Of a stretch of DNA of 64,000 nt, positions 11,001-20,956 are shown piece by piece; position 1 is the first letter of the stretch, and every line of letters begins with the position of its first letter. The notes under the pieces were generated by a model. That model saw nothing but the letters and a program-made list of their open reading frames with translations. It was not told the DNA's origin and did not search any database. Source of the DNA: a candidate division FCPU426 bacterium (lineage in GTDB: Bacteria; Oederibacteriota; PGYV01; Palsa-1178); contig CAWIXE010000002.1 of NCBI GenBank assembly GCA_963840035.1, forward strand, positions 672,001-736,000, in the 5' to 3' direction. A program made the translations under genes and the position numbers.

Positions 11001-12609
11001 TCATAAAGTCAGCGAAATAATTGCCAGGACAAGGTATACAACGCCCGGCGTTACTTTGATATCGCCCCCGCCGCATCATGATATTTATTCCATTGAAGAC
11101 TTAAAGCAGCTTATATTTGACTTAAAGAACGCGAATCCGCGCGCGAGAATAAGCGTAAAACTTGTCTCCGAAGCCGGAGTAGGCACGGTCGCGGCCGGCG
11201 TGGCAAAAGCGCACGCTGACATGATACTGATTTCCGGCGGAGACGGAGGCACAGGAGCGTCCCCGAGGACTTCGGTCATGCACGCGGGTCTGCCGTGGGA
11301 ACTCGGCATTTCAGAGACGCACCAGACCCTGGTTATGAATGATTTAAGGGGCCGTGTGAGGCTTCAGACAGACGGACAGATGAGAACGGGCAAGGATCTC
11401 GCGGTTGCCGCGTGCCTTGGCGCGGAGGAATACGGTTTCGGCACAATCGCGCTTATATCGCTCGGGTGCGTTATGCTGCGCCACTGTCATTTGAATAATT
11501 GTTCGCTTGGAGTTGCCACACAGGATGACCTGCTGCAGAAGCGCTTTGCCGGCAAGCCGGAATATGTTGTTAACTTTATGAGGTTTGTCGCGGAGGATTT
11601 TAGGGAACAGATGGCAAGCCTTGGTATTAAGACGGTAAATGAAATGGTAGGCAGGGTCGACCTGCTTGAAGTGGATAAAGCCATACTGCCTTGGAAAGCC
11701 GCTAAAATAGATTTTTCGCGCATACTTTACAGGCCTGAGATGCACGAAACAACGCCGCGTTATTGCGTATCGGCTCAGGACCATGAGATAGTAAAAGTCC
11801 TCGACAGGGAACTCATAGCGGATTGCGCCGCGGCACTTGATAATAAGGAAATCGTAAAGCTGGAAAAGGCAATAAAAAACACCGACCGTTCCTGCGGCGC
11901 CATGCTCTCGGGAGAGGTTTGTAAAAGGTACGGCGAGCATTACCTGCCGGAAGACACCATAACAGTCAAATTTAAAGGCACTGCGGGGCAGAGTTTCGGC
12001 GCCTTCCTTGCAAAGGGAATTAATTTTGAGCTTGAAGGCATTGCCAATGACTATGTGGGCAAAGGAATATCAGGCGGAAGGATATCAATATACCCGTTCA
12101 AACGGGCCATGTATAACCCCACGGATAACGTGATTATCGGCAACACCGCGTTTTACGGAGCCATCGCGGGCGAGGCTTATATTAAAGGTTCGGCCGGCGA
12201 ACGTTTCTGCATAAGGAATTCGGGTTTATATACCGTTGTCGAAGGCACAGGCGACCACGGCTGTGAATACATGACAGGCGGCAGGGTTGTGGTCATAGGA
12301 AATACAGGCAGGAATTTCGCGGCAGGCATGTCGGGCGGCATTGCTTATGTGTATGATGAAGCCGGTGTTTTTCCGGATAAATGCAACACTGACATGGTGG
12401 AGCTAACAACTCCGGACGATGAGGATGCGGCTATGATTAGGAAGCTGCTTGAAAATCACGTAAAATATACTTCGAGCGCGAGGGCGGCTGAAATGCTTGA
12501 TAACTTCGCGTACAGCATAAAAAGGTTTGTTAAAGTGCTCCCGCTTGAGTACAAACAGATACTTGAGCTGGCCAGGAAACAGAAAAATTTAGAAACGACG
12601 GAGGCATAA
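8080..12609 (+). CDS. gltB: glutamate synthase large subunit
   Basis: DSCGVGF Ntn-Cys, HSRYSTNT, GAMSFGSIS, AQGAKPGEGGQLPG, 3Fe-4S Cys motif, GXGXG C-terminal domain. Confidence 0.98.
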   Translation: MEKNGEYTPKQQGLYDPSFEKDSCGVGFIASIKGEKTNQLVLDGMQILERMTHRGATGADPKTGDGAGILIQIPHDFFVKVLKSTQIKLPEEGFYGTGLVFLPPDDEERKAVKKEVKKAAEEKGAELLGWREVPVDNSVIGPVARESEPVFEQVFIKRPAGMADREEFERLLYIIRKMAENSVRGADLRQKSRFYFTNLSSRVLIYKGLMMPAEMANFFTDLKDSDVKSAICLVHSRYSTNTFPTWDLAQPFRMLAHNGEINTLRGNLNWMKAREGLFNSAAFKTDTYHLKPVIRDEKQSDSASIDNAFEMLNKAGRTMPHAMMMLVPEAWEHNKLLPNSIRSFYKYHACFMEPWDGPAALAFTDGVRIGAVLDRNGLRPARYLITNDGYVIMSSEVGVLDVSPSNINRSGRLEPGKIFYIDTAKNRIINDSEVKDELARRAPYRQWRKEQLIYLEDLPVPDIKVAAAEGLLDQLKVFGYTREDMKDILKPMAGEAKDPIGSMGNDTPHSVLSVRPKLLYTYFKQLFAQVTNPPIDSEREEIVMSLRSFIGPQKNIFEETAQHTHKLQVREPILSNEELEKIKHIAVNGFRTKTISLLLMPGDTADFTRAVDRVCEEAVNAITEGYSYIILSDRGVSDEYTAIPALLASGAVHQELVKRSLRTNVGLILESGEPREVHHFCVLLGFGLDVINPYLAYEAIKYMADKGEIECGYDKGVYNYRKTCHKGIRKVMAKMGISTIQSYRGAQIFEALGIHEEVIDRCFTGAVSRIGGVGFEEIAKEVMMTHKESFHKTGAPDNILPSGGIYQWKKDGEVHLWNPDSIAALQDAVRNNDKKRFKDFTSMINDQSKQPVTLRSLLKFKKQQPIDISQVEPVEAIVKRFVVGAMSFGSISGAAHEAMAIAMNRLGGKSNTGEGGEDPARFTPFANGDSARSAIKQVASGRFGVNINYLTNADEIQIKIAQGAKPGEGGQLPGHKVSEIIARTRYTTPGVTLISPPPHHDIYSIEDLKQLIFDLKNANPRARISVKLVSEAGVGTVAAGVAKAHADMILISGGDGGTGASPRTSVMHAGLPWELGISETHQTLVMNDLRGRVRLQTDGQMRTGKDLAVAACLGAEEYGFGTIALISLGCVMLRHCHLNNCSLGVATQDDLLQKRFAGKPEYVVNFMRFVAEDFREQMASLGIKTVNEMVGRVDLLEVDKAILPWKAAKIDFSRILYRPEMHETTPRYCVSAQDHEIVKVLDRELIADCAAALDNKEIVKLEKAIKNTDRSCGAMLSGEVCKRYGEHYLPEDTITVKFKGTAGQSFGAFLAKGINFELEGIANDYVGKGISGGRISIYPFKRAMYNPTDNVIIGNTAFYGAIAGEAYIKGSAGERFCIRNSGLYTVVEGTGDHGCEYMTGGRVVVIGNTGRNFAAGMSGGIAYVYDEAGVFPDKCNTDMVELTTPDDEDAAMIRKLLENHVKYTSSARAAEMLDNFAYSIKRFVKVLPLEYKQILELARKQKNLETTEA

Positions 12610-12610
12610 C

Positions 12611-14032
12611 ATGGGACATCCGCATGGGTTTTTAAAGTCAAAAAGGGAAGTCATGTCATACAGGCCGGTATGCGAGAGGGTCAAGGATTTCGCGCCGGTA
12701 GCAGTGCCAAAAAGCGAGGATGTGACGCGCGACCAGGCGTCACGTTGCATGGATTGCGGGACCGATTTCTGCAATTGGGGATGCCCCATCGGGAATTATA
12801 TACCGGAGTGGAACGACCATGTGTACAGGAACAGGTGGGAAGGCGCATACAGGCTTTTATCAGCCACAAATGTGCTTCCTGAAGTCACCGGCAGGGTGTG
12901 CCCGGCGCTTTGCGAAGCAGCCTGCGTTCTCGGAATCAATGACCAGCCTGTTACCATAAGGGAAAACGAGCTTGCCATTATTGAAAAGGCCTTTAAGGAA
13001 GGATATGTAAAACCGGAACCGCAGATAATAAGGACCGGCAAAAGGGTTGCTGTCATAGGTTCGGGGCCGGCGGGATTATCCGCGGCGGCATTTCTTAACC
13101 TCGCGGGGCATAATGTGACCGTATTTGAAAAAGAAGACCGGCTCGGCGGTTTCATGCGCTATGGAATACCTGATTTTAAACTTGAAAAAAATATACTCGA
13201 CCGCAGGATAAAAGTCTGGGAAGAGGACGGCATCCGTTTTAAGACGGGAATAAATGTCGGCGTGAATTACAGCGTTGACGAAATCAGGAAAAATTTTGAC
13301 GCCGTATGCGTGGCTGCCGGATGCAGGGTACCGAGAGATATGAAGACGACGGGCAGGGAATTAAAAGGAATATACCAGGCAGTGGATTATTTGACACAGT
13401 CAAACAGAAGGGTCGCGGGCGATAAGGTTGAAGGGGAGCTAATTGACGCCGCGGGCAGGAATGTGCTTGTAATAGGCGGCGGCGACACCGGCGCTGACTG
13501 CGTGGGCACCGCCAACAGGCAGGGCGCGAAATGCGTCATGCAGGTGGAGATACTTCCCGAGCCGCCAAAAGACAGGCCCTCTGACCAGCCATGGCCGAGG
13601 TATCCTTTTGTTTTTAAAACAACATCCAGCCACGAAGAGGGCGCTGACCGCAAATGGTCGGTTACCACAAAAGAATTCACGGGCAGCGGCGGAGCGGTTA
13701 AAAAAGTAAAATGCGCCAGGGTTGAATGGGATAAATCATCAGGCAGGCCTGTAATGAAGGAAATAGCGGGCGGTGAGTTTGAGATAGACGCGGACATGGT
13801 CATACTGTCTATGGGCTTTACAAATCCGGTTAAGGAAGGGCTGCTTGAAAGCCTTGGCGCCACCCTTGATGAACGCGGCAACGTAAAGTCTGACCTGAAA
13901 ACAGGTGCGACATCTGTAGATGGTGTATTTGCGGCAGGCGACGTATCGCGCGGGCCGTCGCTTATTGTATGGGCAATAGCCGAAGGAAGAAAAGCCGCGG
14001 ATGGCATTGATCTTTACCTTAAAAACAAATAA
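12611..14032 (+). CDS. gltD: glutamate synthase small subunit
   Basis: RCMDCG...C...CP, GSGPAG, GGGDTGADC and SSHEEG motifs; immediately after gltB. Confidence 0.97.
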   Translation: MGHPHGFLKSKREVMSYRPVCERVKDFAPVAVPKSEDVTRDQASRCMDCGTDFCNWGCPIGNYIPEWNDHVYRNRWEGAYRLLSATNVLPEVTGRVCPALCEAACVLGINDQPVTIRENELAIIEKAFKEGYVKPEPQIIRTGKRVAVIGSGPAGLSAAAFLNLAGHNVTVFEKEDRLGGFMRYGIPDFKLEKNILDRRIKVWEEDGIRFKTGINVGVNYSVDEIRKNFDAVCVAAGCRVPRDMKTTGRELKGIYQAVDYLTQSNRRVAGDKVEGELIDAAGRNVLVIGGGDTGADCVGTANRQGAKCVMQVEILPEPPKDRPSDQPWPRYPFVFKTTSSHEEGADRKWSVTTKEFTGSGGAVKKVKCARVEWDKSSGRPVMKEIAGGEFEIDADMVILSMGFTNPVKEGLLESLGATLDERGNVKSDLKTGATSVDGVFAAGDVSRGPSLIVWAIAEGRKAADGIDLYLKNK

Positions 14033-14173
14033 CAGCTATGGCTACAGAAGTGTTATCATTTTAATAAACGCGTTTTTTATCTTATTTCAATAACGCGTTT
14101 TTTTAAATATTGAAAAACACCATTTCTTGATATATACTCATTTTGACACAATAATACATACAAGGAGCGTTAA

Positions 14174-15007
14174 ATGGCAAAATTAGGTAACAGCCTGCAG
14201 ACCAAATTAACAGTCAGCTTCGTTGCCCTCATACTTATTATTTCGGGGATGTCCTTCTTTTATACCTATGAGGAGACGAAAACCGCGCTTAAGGAAACCC
14301 TCGGCGGGCAGTTGAAATCGGTGGCTTCGGTTATCGCCACTCAGATAGACGGCGATGCCATGATTAAGCTAAAACCGGGGGATGAAAAAACAAAAGATTT
14401 TTTTAAAATGCGCGACCAGCTTCTTGCCATGCAAAAATCCGATCAGGACATTAAATACATATATACATATGTGCAGGGCAAGGGCAAATCCGTAAAATTT
14501 ATAATCGACGCCACATACGGACAGCCGGGGGCGGAAGAGCCTGCGTCAATAGGCGATAATTATGACGAAACCACGCCGGAAATGCTCGCCGGCTTAAAGT
14601 ATCCGGCTGCTGAAAAAACTTTCAGTACTGACAAGTGGGGCTCATTTATGTCAGGCTACGCGCCGGTTAAGGATTCAAAAGGAAAAAATGTCGGGGCTGT
14701 CGGGGTCGATATGTTGAGCGCGAAGGTATTACAAAAGCAGGACTTTATCGGCGGGACCATCTACTTTGTAATCGGTATCGCCGTTATAATAGCCGGTTTA
14801 ATTATACTGCTGTTTTCAGCCACGATTATACGAGATATAAACAAGCTTAATAAACTTGCTGAAAATGTCAGCACCGGACAGATAGACCAGGATGTGGACG
14901 TAAAAAGGAAGGATGAGATCGGGGAGCTTGCGGATTCCTTCCAGCGTATGATAGTAAGCCTGCGTATAATGAAGATGTATCCGGATGAAAAAAAGGATAA
15001 AAAATGA
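14174..15007 (+). CDS. membrane sensor: TM-Cache/PDC-TM-HAMP, with no output domain
   Basis: Two TM helices, YIYT and DKWG...SGYAPV...VGVD Cache-like motifs, HAMP (RKDEIGELADSFQRM) ending at the C-terminus. Confidence 0.82.
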   Translation: MAKLGNSLQTKLTVSFVALILIISGMSFFYTYEETKTALKETLGGQLKSVASVIATQIDGDAMIKLKPGDEKTKDFFKMRDQLLAMQKSDQDIKYIYTYVQGKGKSVKFIIDATYGQPGAEEPASIGDNYDETTPEMLAGLKYPAAEKTFSTDKWGSFMSGYAPVKDSKGKNVGAVGVDMLSAKVLQKQDFIGGTIYFVIGIAVIIAGLIILLFSATIIRDINKLNKLAENVSTGQIDQDVDVKRKDEIGELADSFQRMIVSLRIMKMYPDEKKDKK

Positions 15008-15264
15008 CCGTAACAGCCGAACAGGTAATACAGGTAGCTTCAAGGTATCTCGGCCCTGAAGCAAAGAGGTTTTTGGAACGCCAGGCAGGCCACCTGGAAA
15101 ACGGCGCCACGCTTGAAAATCTGCGTCCGGAAGACGTGGAAAAGCTGGCGTGGTGGGTGAATGTATCGGCCAAGCTAATCATGGACAAGGAAAAAGCGAA
15201 AGAACTATCGATTAAGATATCAAGCATCGGGGCTGACACAAATTCCGCTCAGAGGGCACAATAA
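15004..15264 (+). CDS. small helical hypothetical protein coupled to the sensor
   Basis: Overlaps the sensor stop codon; YLGPEAKRFLERQ motif. Confidence 0.7.
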   Translation: MTVTAEQVIQVASRYLGPEAKRFLERQAGHLENGATLENLRPEDVEKLAWWVNVSAKLIMDKEKAKELSIKISSIGADTNSAQRAQ

Positions 15265-15438
15265 GTCACAAAAGTATTTAAATCCTATCAAAACAGTGTA
15301 AAAAACCAATATCGTCATCAATTCCATTGACAAAAATAAAATCGTATATATAATTTATAAGGTTGTTTTTTATCTGTATTTTTTCAAATAGCCTGTCGGC
15401 GGGCTCACACCTATGGCTATTTATATTATCGGGAGGTT

Positions 15439-16302
15439 TTGATGTATAAAATTGTTGAAAAAAGGGCGTTATCAAAGGACATCAAGCTTATCGGAGTGGA
15501 AGCCCCGCACGTCACGTTCAACGCGAAAGCCGGTAATTTTATTGTCGTCATACCGGATGAAAAAGGCGAAAGGATACCGCTGACGATTTATGACTGGAAC
15601 AGGGAAAAAGGCATCCTTTATATGGTCTTCCAGGAAATCGGACTTTCCACCACAAAGCTAGGCATGCTTAAGGAAGGCGACTATATATTCGCTGTTGCCG
15701 GCCCTTTTGGAAAGCATTTCCACTCTGAAAAATACGGGAATACCGTTGTAGTCGGAGGCGGCGTCGGAGTTCCGGCGATTTTTCCGATAGCAAGGCAGCT
15801 GCTGGCGGACGGAAATAAAGTGACATCCATAATAGGTTACAGGACAAAAGACCTGATAGTCCTGGAAGAAGAGATGAAAACAGTGTCGGACTCGCTTGTA
15901 GTCGCTACAAACGACGGTTCCCACGGGCAGAAAGGTTTTGTGACAGACATGCTCCAGGCTATAATTGATAAAGGGGATAAAATAGACCTCGTAGTCGCGG
16001 TCGGGCCCGTGGTCATGATGAAGGCCGTGTCGGAGCTAACCATGAAGTACAATATCAAAACGGTCGTCAGTTTAAACGCCATGATGATTGACGCCACCGG
16101 CATGTGCGGCGGCTGCAGGGTGTCTGTAGGCGGGGAGACAAAGTTCGCCTGCGTTGACGGCCCTGATTTTGACGGGCATAAAGTTGATTTTAACCAGCTG
16201 ACCAGCAGGCTGGGCGCATATAAGGATCATGAAAAAACATCTATGGACCATAACTGCAACATGAATCCCGGCATCAAGGAGGCTATCGATGGAAGAAAAT
16301 AA
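15439..16302 (+). CDS. nfnA: NADH-dependent ferredoxin:NADP oxidoreductase small subunit (NfnA/SudB-like)
   Basis: GERIPLTI, GGGVG, GPVVMM and DATGMCGGCRV...FACVDGP 2Fe-2S motif. Confidence 0.9.
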   Translation: MMYKIVEKRALSKDIKLIGVEAPHVTFNAKAGNFIVVIPDEKGERIPLTIYDWNREKGILYMVFQEIGLSTTKLGMLKEGDYIFAVAGPFGKHFHSEKYGNTVVVGGGVGVPAIFPIARQLLADGNKVTSIIGYRTKDLIVLEEEMKTVSDSLVVATNDGSHGQKGFVTDMLQAIIDKGDKIDLVVAVGPVVMMKAVSELTMKYNIKTVVSLNAMMIDATGMCGGCRVSVGGETKFACVDGPDFDGHKVDFNQLTSRLGAYKDHEKTSMDHNCNMNPGIKEAIDGRK

Positions 16303-17716
16303 GATACCTAAGGCAAAAAGGCCGAAAGTGCCGGTAAGGCAGCAGGACCCGGCAGTCAGGGTAAAGAATTTTAATGAAGTTCCTTTCGGGTATAACGAAG
16401 CTGAGGCTGTACAGGAAGCTGAAAGGTGTCTGCAGTGCAAGAACCCCACATGCATCGAAGGATGCCCGGTAAATATCAATATTAAGGAATTTATAAGGCA
16501 GGTATCGGTCAGGGATTTCAAGGGCGCGATAGCGACCATTAAAAATGACAGCAGTCTTCCGGCAGTCTGCGGAAGGGTATGCCCGCAGGAAGAACAGTGC
16601 GAGTTAAAGTGCGTCATGTTAAAGACCAAGAACCCGATAAACATAGGGTACGTAGAACGCTTCGCGGCAGACTGGGAAGCTGAGAACCTTAAACCTGAAA
16701 GGCCTGACATAAAGAAAATATGGGGTAAAGACGGCAAACCTGTAAAGGTGGCTGTCGCAGGAGCGGGCCCCGCAGGGCTTACAATAGCCGGAGACCTCGC
16801 GAAAATGGGATATGAGGTTGTTGTATTTGAGGCAATGCATATTGCCGGCGGCGTATTGATATATGGAATTCCTGAATTCAGGCTGCCAAAAGCAATAGTG
16901 CAGAGGGAAGTAGACTACCTTAAAACACTCGGAGTTGACATACAGTTAAATACCGTAATCGGAAAGTCATACACGCTTGATGACCTTAAGAACATGGGCT
17001 TTAAGGCCATATTCATCGGCGTCGGAGCAGGGACGCCGATGTTCCTCGGAATACCAGGGGAAAATTTAAAGGGCGTTTACTCCGCAAATGAGTACTTAAC
17101 CAGGATAAACGCGATGAAGGGCTACCTTTTCCCTGAATATGATACTCCTGTTAAGATCGGCAAAAAAATCGCCGTGGTAGGTGCCGGAAATGTGGCCATG
17201 GACGCGGCACGCTGGAGCAGGAGGCTGCCGGGCGTGGAGGAAGTGCACATAGTTTACAGGCGTTCTGACGCGGAGATGCCGGCCAGGAAAGAAGAGATAG
17301 AAAGGGCTCATGAAGAAGGGATTATCTTTAACCTGCTGACAAACCCGGTTGAGGTAATAGGTGATGAGAATGGCTGGGTCAATGGAATGAAGTGCATAAA
17401 AATGGAGTTGGGCGAGCCGGACGCTTCAGGCAGGCGCAAGCCGGTACCGGTCCCGAATTCCGATTTTATAATTGACGTGGATACGGTTATACCGGCGCTT
17501 GGCACAAAGGCTAACAGGCTTTTAACCGCGGATGTAGCCGGCTTGAAACTGACCAAATGGGGCAACATAGAAGCTGACCCAGAAACAGGCGCGACATCCA
17601 TACCGGGCATATTTGCCGGCGGGGACATCACAACCGGTTCGGCAACTGTCATTGCGGCCATGGGCGCGGGCAGAAAAGCCGCGAAAGCAATGGACGATTA
17701 CTTAAAGAGCCTGTAA
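16289..17716 (+). CDS. nfnB: Nfn large subunit (GltD/SudA-like)
   Basis: RCLQC...C...CP, CGRVCPQEEQC, GAGPAG and GAGNVAMD motifs; overlaps nfnA. Confidence 0.9.
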   Translation: MEENKIPKAKRPKVPVRQQDPAVRVKNFNEVPFGYNEAEAVQEAERCLQCKNPTCIEGCPVNINIKEFIRQVSVRDFKGAIATIKNDSSLPAVCGRVCPQEEQCELKCVMLKTKNPINIGYVERFAADWEAENLKPERPDIKKIWGKDGKPVKVAVAGAGPAGLTIAGDLAKMGYEVVVFEAMHIAGGVLIYGIPEFRLPKAIVQREVDYLKTLGVDIQLNTVIGKSYTLDDLKNMGFKAIFIGVGAGTPMFLGIPGENLKGVYSANEYLTRINAMKGYLFPEYDTPVKIGKKIAVVGAGNVAMDAARWSRRLPGVEEVHIVYRRSDAEMPARKEEIERAHEEGIIFNLLTNPVEVIGDENGWVNGMKCIKMELGEPDASGRRKPVPVPNSDFIIDVDTVIPALGTKANRLLTADVAGLKLTKWGNIEADPETGATSIPGIFAGGDITTGSATVIAAMGAGRKAAKAMDDYLKSL

Positions 17717-17754
17717 AAGGCAGAATTACCATATTGTTTCATTGATTGTAAATC

Positions 17755-17783
17755 TTGACGTTATATTATTGTTGGTATATAAT
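17755..17783 (+). promoter_or_regulatory. sigma-70-type promoter of the GAF-ANTAR gene
   Basis: TTGACG-17-TATAAT. Confidence 0.65.
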
Positions 17784-17864
17784 TATGCGTTGTGAAATTA
17801 AGAACAAAGCTTTTTCGGTCGGCCGATAAAGCACACAGTAAGATCATATGTGAGAGGTGTCTCT

Positions 17865-18647
17865 ATGGCTGTCAGGAAGAAAGTTAAAAAACCGAAGAAG
17901 AACGGCTCTTCAAAGGAAAAAAATGAGATATTAAAGCTGAAGGAAACCATCAGGGAAAAGGAAAAGGAAATTGAGACCTTAACCGAGATAAGCAAGTCCA
18001 TAGTATCCGGCAGGTATCTTGAGGAAATCCTGAACATTGTAGTATCCCTGACGGCTGAAATGATGGATTCCAAGATTTGTTCCATCATGATACTTGAAAA
18101 AAATCAGCAGGAGCTTAAGATAATCGCCACGCAGAGCTTAAGCGAGGATTACAGGCATAAGTCGAATATCCCTGTGGGGCAGTCGATCTCCGGCAAGGTA
18201 GTCCTTGAAAAACGGCCCATTACTGTTTTGAACGTCACGAAGGAAGAGAATTACATGTTCAAGGAGATAGCGAAAAAAGAAGGGCTTAAATCAATGCTCG
18301 CGGTGCCCATGATGCTCCGCGGAAAAGTCCTTGGTGTTATAAATATATATACAACCGAAGAGCACGTTTTTACGGAGAGCGAAATACGCATCCTGCAGTC
18401 CGTGGCAAACCAGGCCGCCATCGGCATAGAAAACGTAAAACTGGTAGAAGAAACATCGGTGGCAAAGGAAGCGCTGGAAACGCGCAAGCTCATAGACAGG
18501 GCAAAAGGCATACTGATGAATAAGCTGAAGATGACGGAAGACGCAGCATATAAGTCCATACACAAGAAGTCAATGGACTCAAGGAAATCAATGAAGGAAG
18601 TCGCGGAAGCCATAATACTCGCGATGGAAATGGAAAAGAAAGCATAA
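17865..18647 (+). CDS. GAF and ANTAR domain RNA-binding regulator
   Basis: GAF domain (SMLAVPM...LGVINIY...F...E...L...ANQAAI) and ANTAR domain (LETRKLIDRAKGILM...EDAAY...SMD...MKEVAEAI). Confidence 0.92.
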   Translation: MAVRKKVKKPKKNGSSKEKNEILKLKETIREKEKEIETLTEISKSIVSGRYLEEILNIVVSLTAEMMDSKICSIMILEKNQQELKIIATQSLSEDYRHKSNIPVGQSISGKVVLEKRPITVLNVTKEENYMFKEIAKKEGLKSMLAVPMMLRGKVLGVINIYTTEEHVFTESEIRILQSVANQAAIGIENVKLVEETSVAKEALETRKLIDRAKGILMNKLKMTEDAAYKSIHKKSMDSRKSMKEVAEAIILAMEMEKKA

Positions 18648-18725
18648 GGAAAGTAGCGCGCAAATTTACGTCGGCAGGCCGCGGTCACAGCGCTGTGATT
18701 CCGGCCTGTAATAACAATTTCTGCT

Positions 18726-18779
18726 TGAACACACTGATGTGTTCAGACTAATGTGTACTTTGAGGCACAATGACGTGCC
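18726..18779 (+). promoter_or_regulatory. ANTAR-target dual hexaloop RNA element
   Basis: TGAACAC-ACTGAT-GTGTTCA and GGCAC-AATGAC-GTGCC; both loops are AxxGxx closed by C-G, with an 18-nt linker. Confidence 0.8.
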
Positions 18780-18835
18780 GGCGGCAGGATTGTCATTAAA
18801 TAACATAACAGCGCATACGAAGCAGGAGGGAATAG

Positions 18836-20176
<1,341 letters not shown>

Positions 20177-20191
20177 GCCTTAAAGCAAAGC

Positions 20192-20227
20192 AAAAAGGGC
20201 GGGCCAAATGGCCCGCCCTTTTTTTAT
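20192..20227 (+). terminator. intrinsic terminator after gdhA
   Basis: AAAAGGGCGGGCCA-AA-TGGCCCGCCCTTTT stem followed by a T-run. Confidence 0.85.
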
Positions 20228-20241
20228 GTCCAACATGTTCT

Positions 20242-20422
20242 GGTAGCCGCAACCTTCGAGATGCCATTGTGAGCTTTGCGAACAAACATTAAATCAGAAA
20301 AACCTCTAATCTTGTCGTGTTCATCACGACTTGTTGCGAAAGGCAGGTTGTTAATGTATAACTCGGACGTGATTGACATGGTAATATTGTCATCCCTGCG
20401 CAGCCTGAAGGCTGCGGCTACC
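20242..20422. repeat. inverted REP-like pair (GGTAGCCGCA family)
   Basis: GGTAGCCGCAACCTTC ... CGCAGCCTGAAGGCTGCGGCTACC; sibling at 62548-62619. Confidence 0.7.
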
Positions 20423-20520
20423 GGCGTTAAAAAGCAAAACCCGCCTGCGCGGGGAGGAGCCGCAGACGGGTTTGTGCGTCCTATATTGGTAATTAGTCAT
20501 TAGTAATCAGTAATTTATTT

Positions 20521-20862
20521 TTAACCGATCGCCATTTTTCCTTTTTCGCCGGTCCTTATCCTGTAGCATTCTTCCATGGGCATGACAAATATCTTCCCAT
20601 CACCGGTCTCGCCGGTCTTAGCGCCTTTCATAATGGCTTTGACCGTGGCGTCAAGGTAATTATCATTTACTGCGATTTCAAGGCGGATCTTGCGGAGCAG
20701 GTTTCCGGTTTCCTTTACGCCCCTGTATACTTCCGTGATGCCTTTCTGCCTGCCGTGTCCGAGCACCTCGTTAACGGTTATCAGGTTTACATCTGCCTTA
20801 TAGAGCTCCTGTTTTACTTCCTCAAGCATGTGAGGCTGGATTATCGCGATTACGAGTTTCAT
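20521..20862 (-). CDS. glnK: PII nitrogen regulator, copy 1
   Basis: GHGRQKG...YRG and TGETGDGKIFV...RIRTGE; downstream of amtB. Confidence 0.95.
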   Translation of the reverse strand: MKLVIAIIQPHMLEEVKQELYKADVNLITVNEVLGHGRQKGITEVYRGVKETGNLLRKIRLEIAVNDNYLDATVKAIMKGAKTGETGDGKIFVMPMEECYRIRTGEKGKMAIG

Positions 20863-20956
20863 AACACACCTCCTGTTTATTAACGGATCATCTTCCTATA
20901 AATCATCCCCACCCTGGCCCTCCCCTTTGAAAAGGGGAGGGAGAAGGCAGGTGGGA

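Noticed and set aside
16289..17716. Second glutamate synthase small subunit
   Set aside because: It is paired with an NfnA-like gene and the true gltD already follows gltB, so NfnB is the better reading
17790..17807. Rex/NifA-like site TTGTGAAATTAAGAACAA at the GAF-ANTAR promoter
   Set aside because: Three mismatches in the right half-site within AT-rich DNA; too weak to claim
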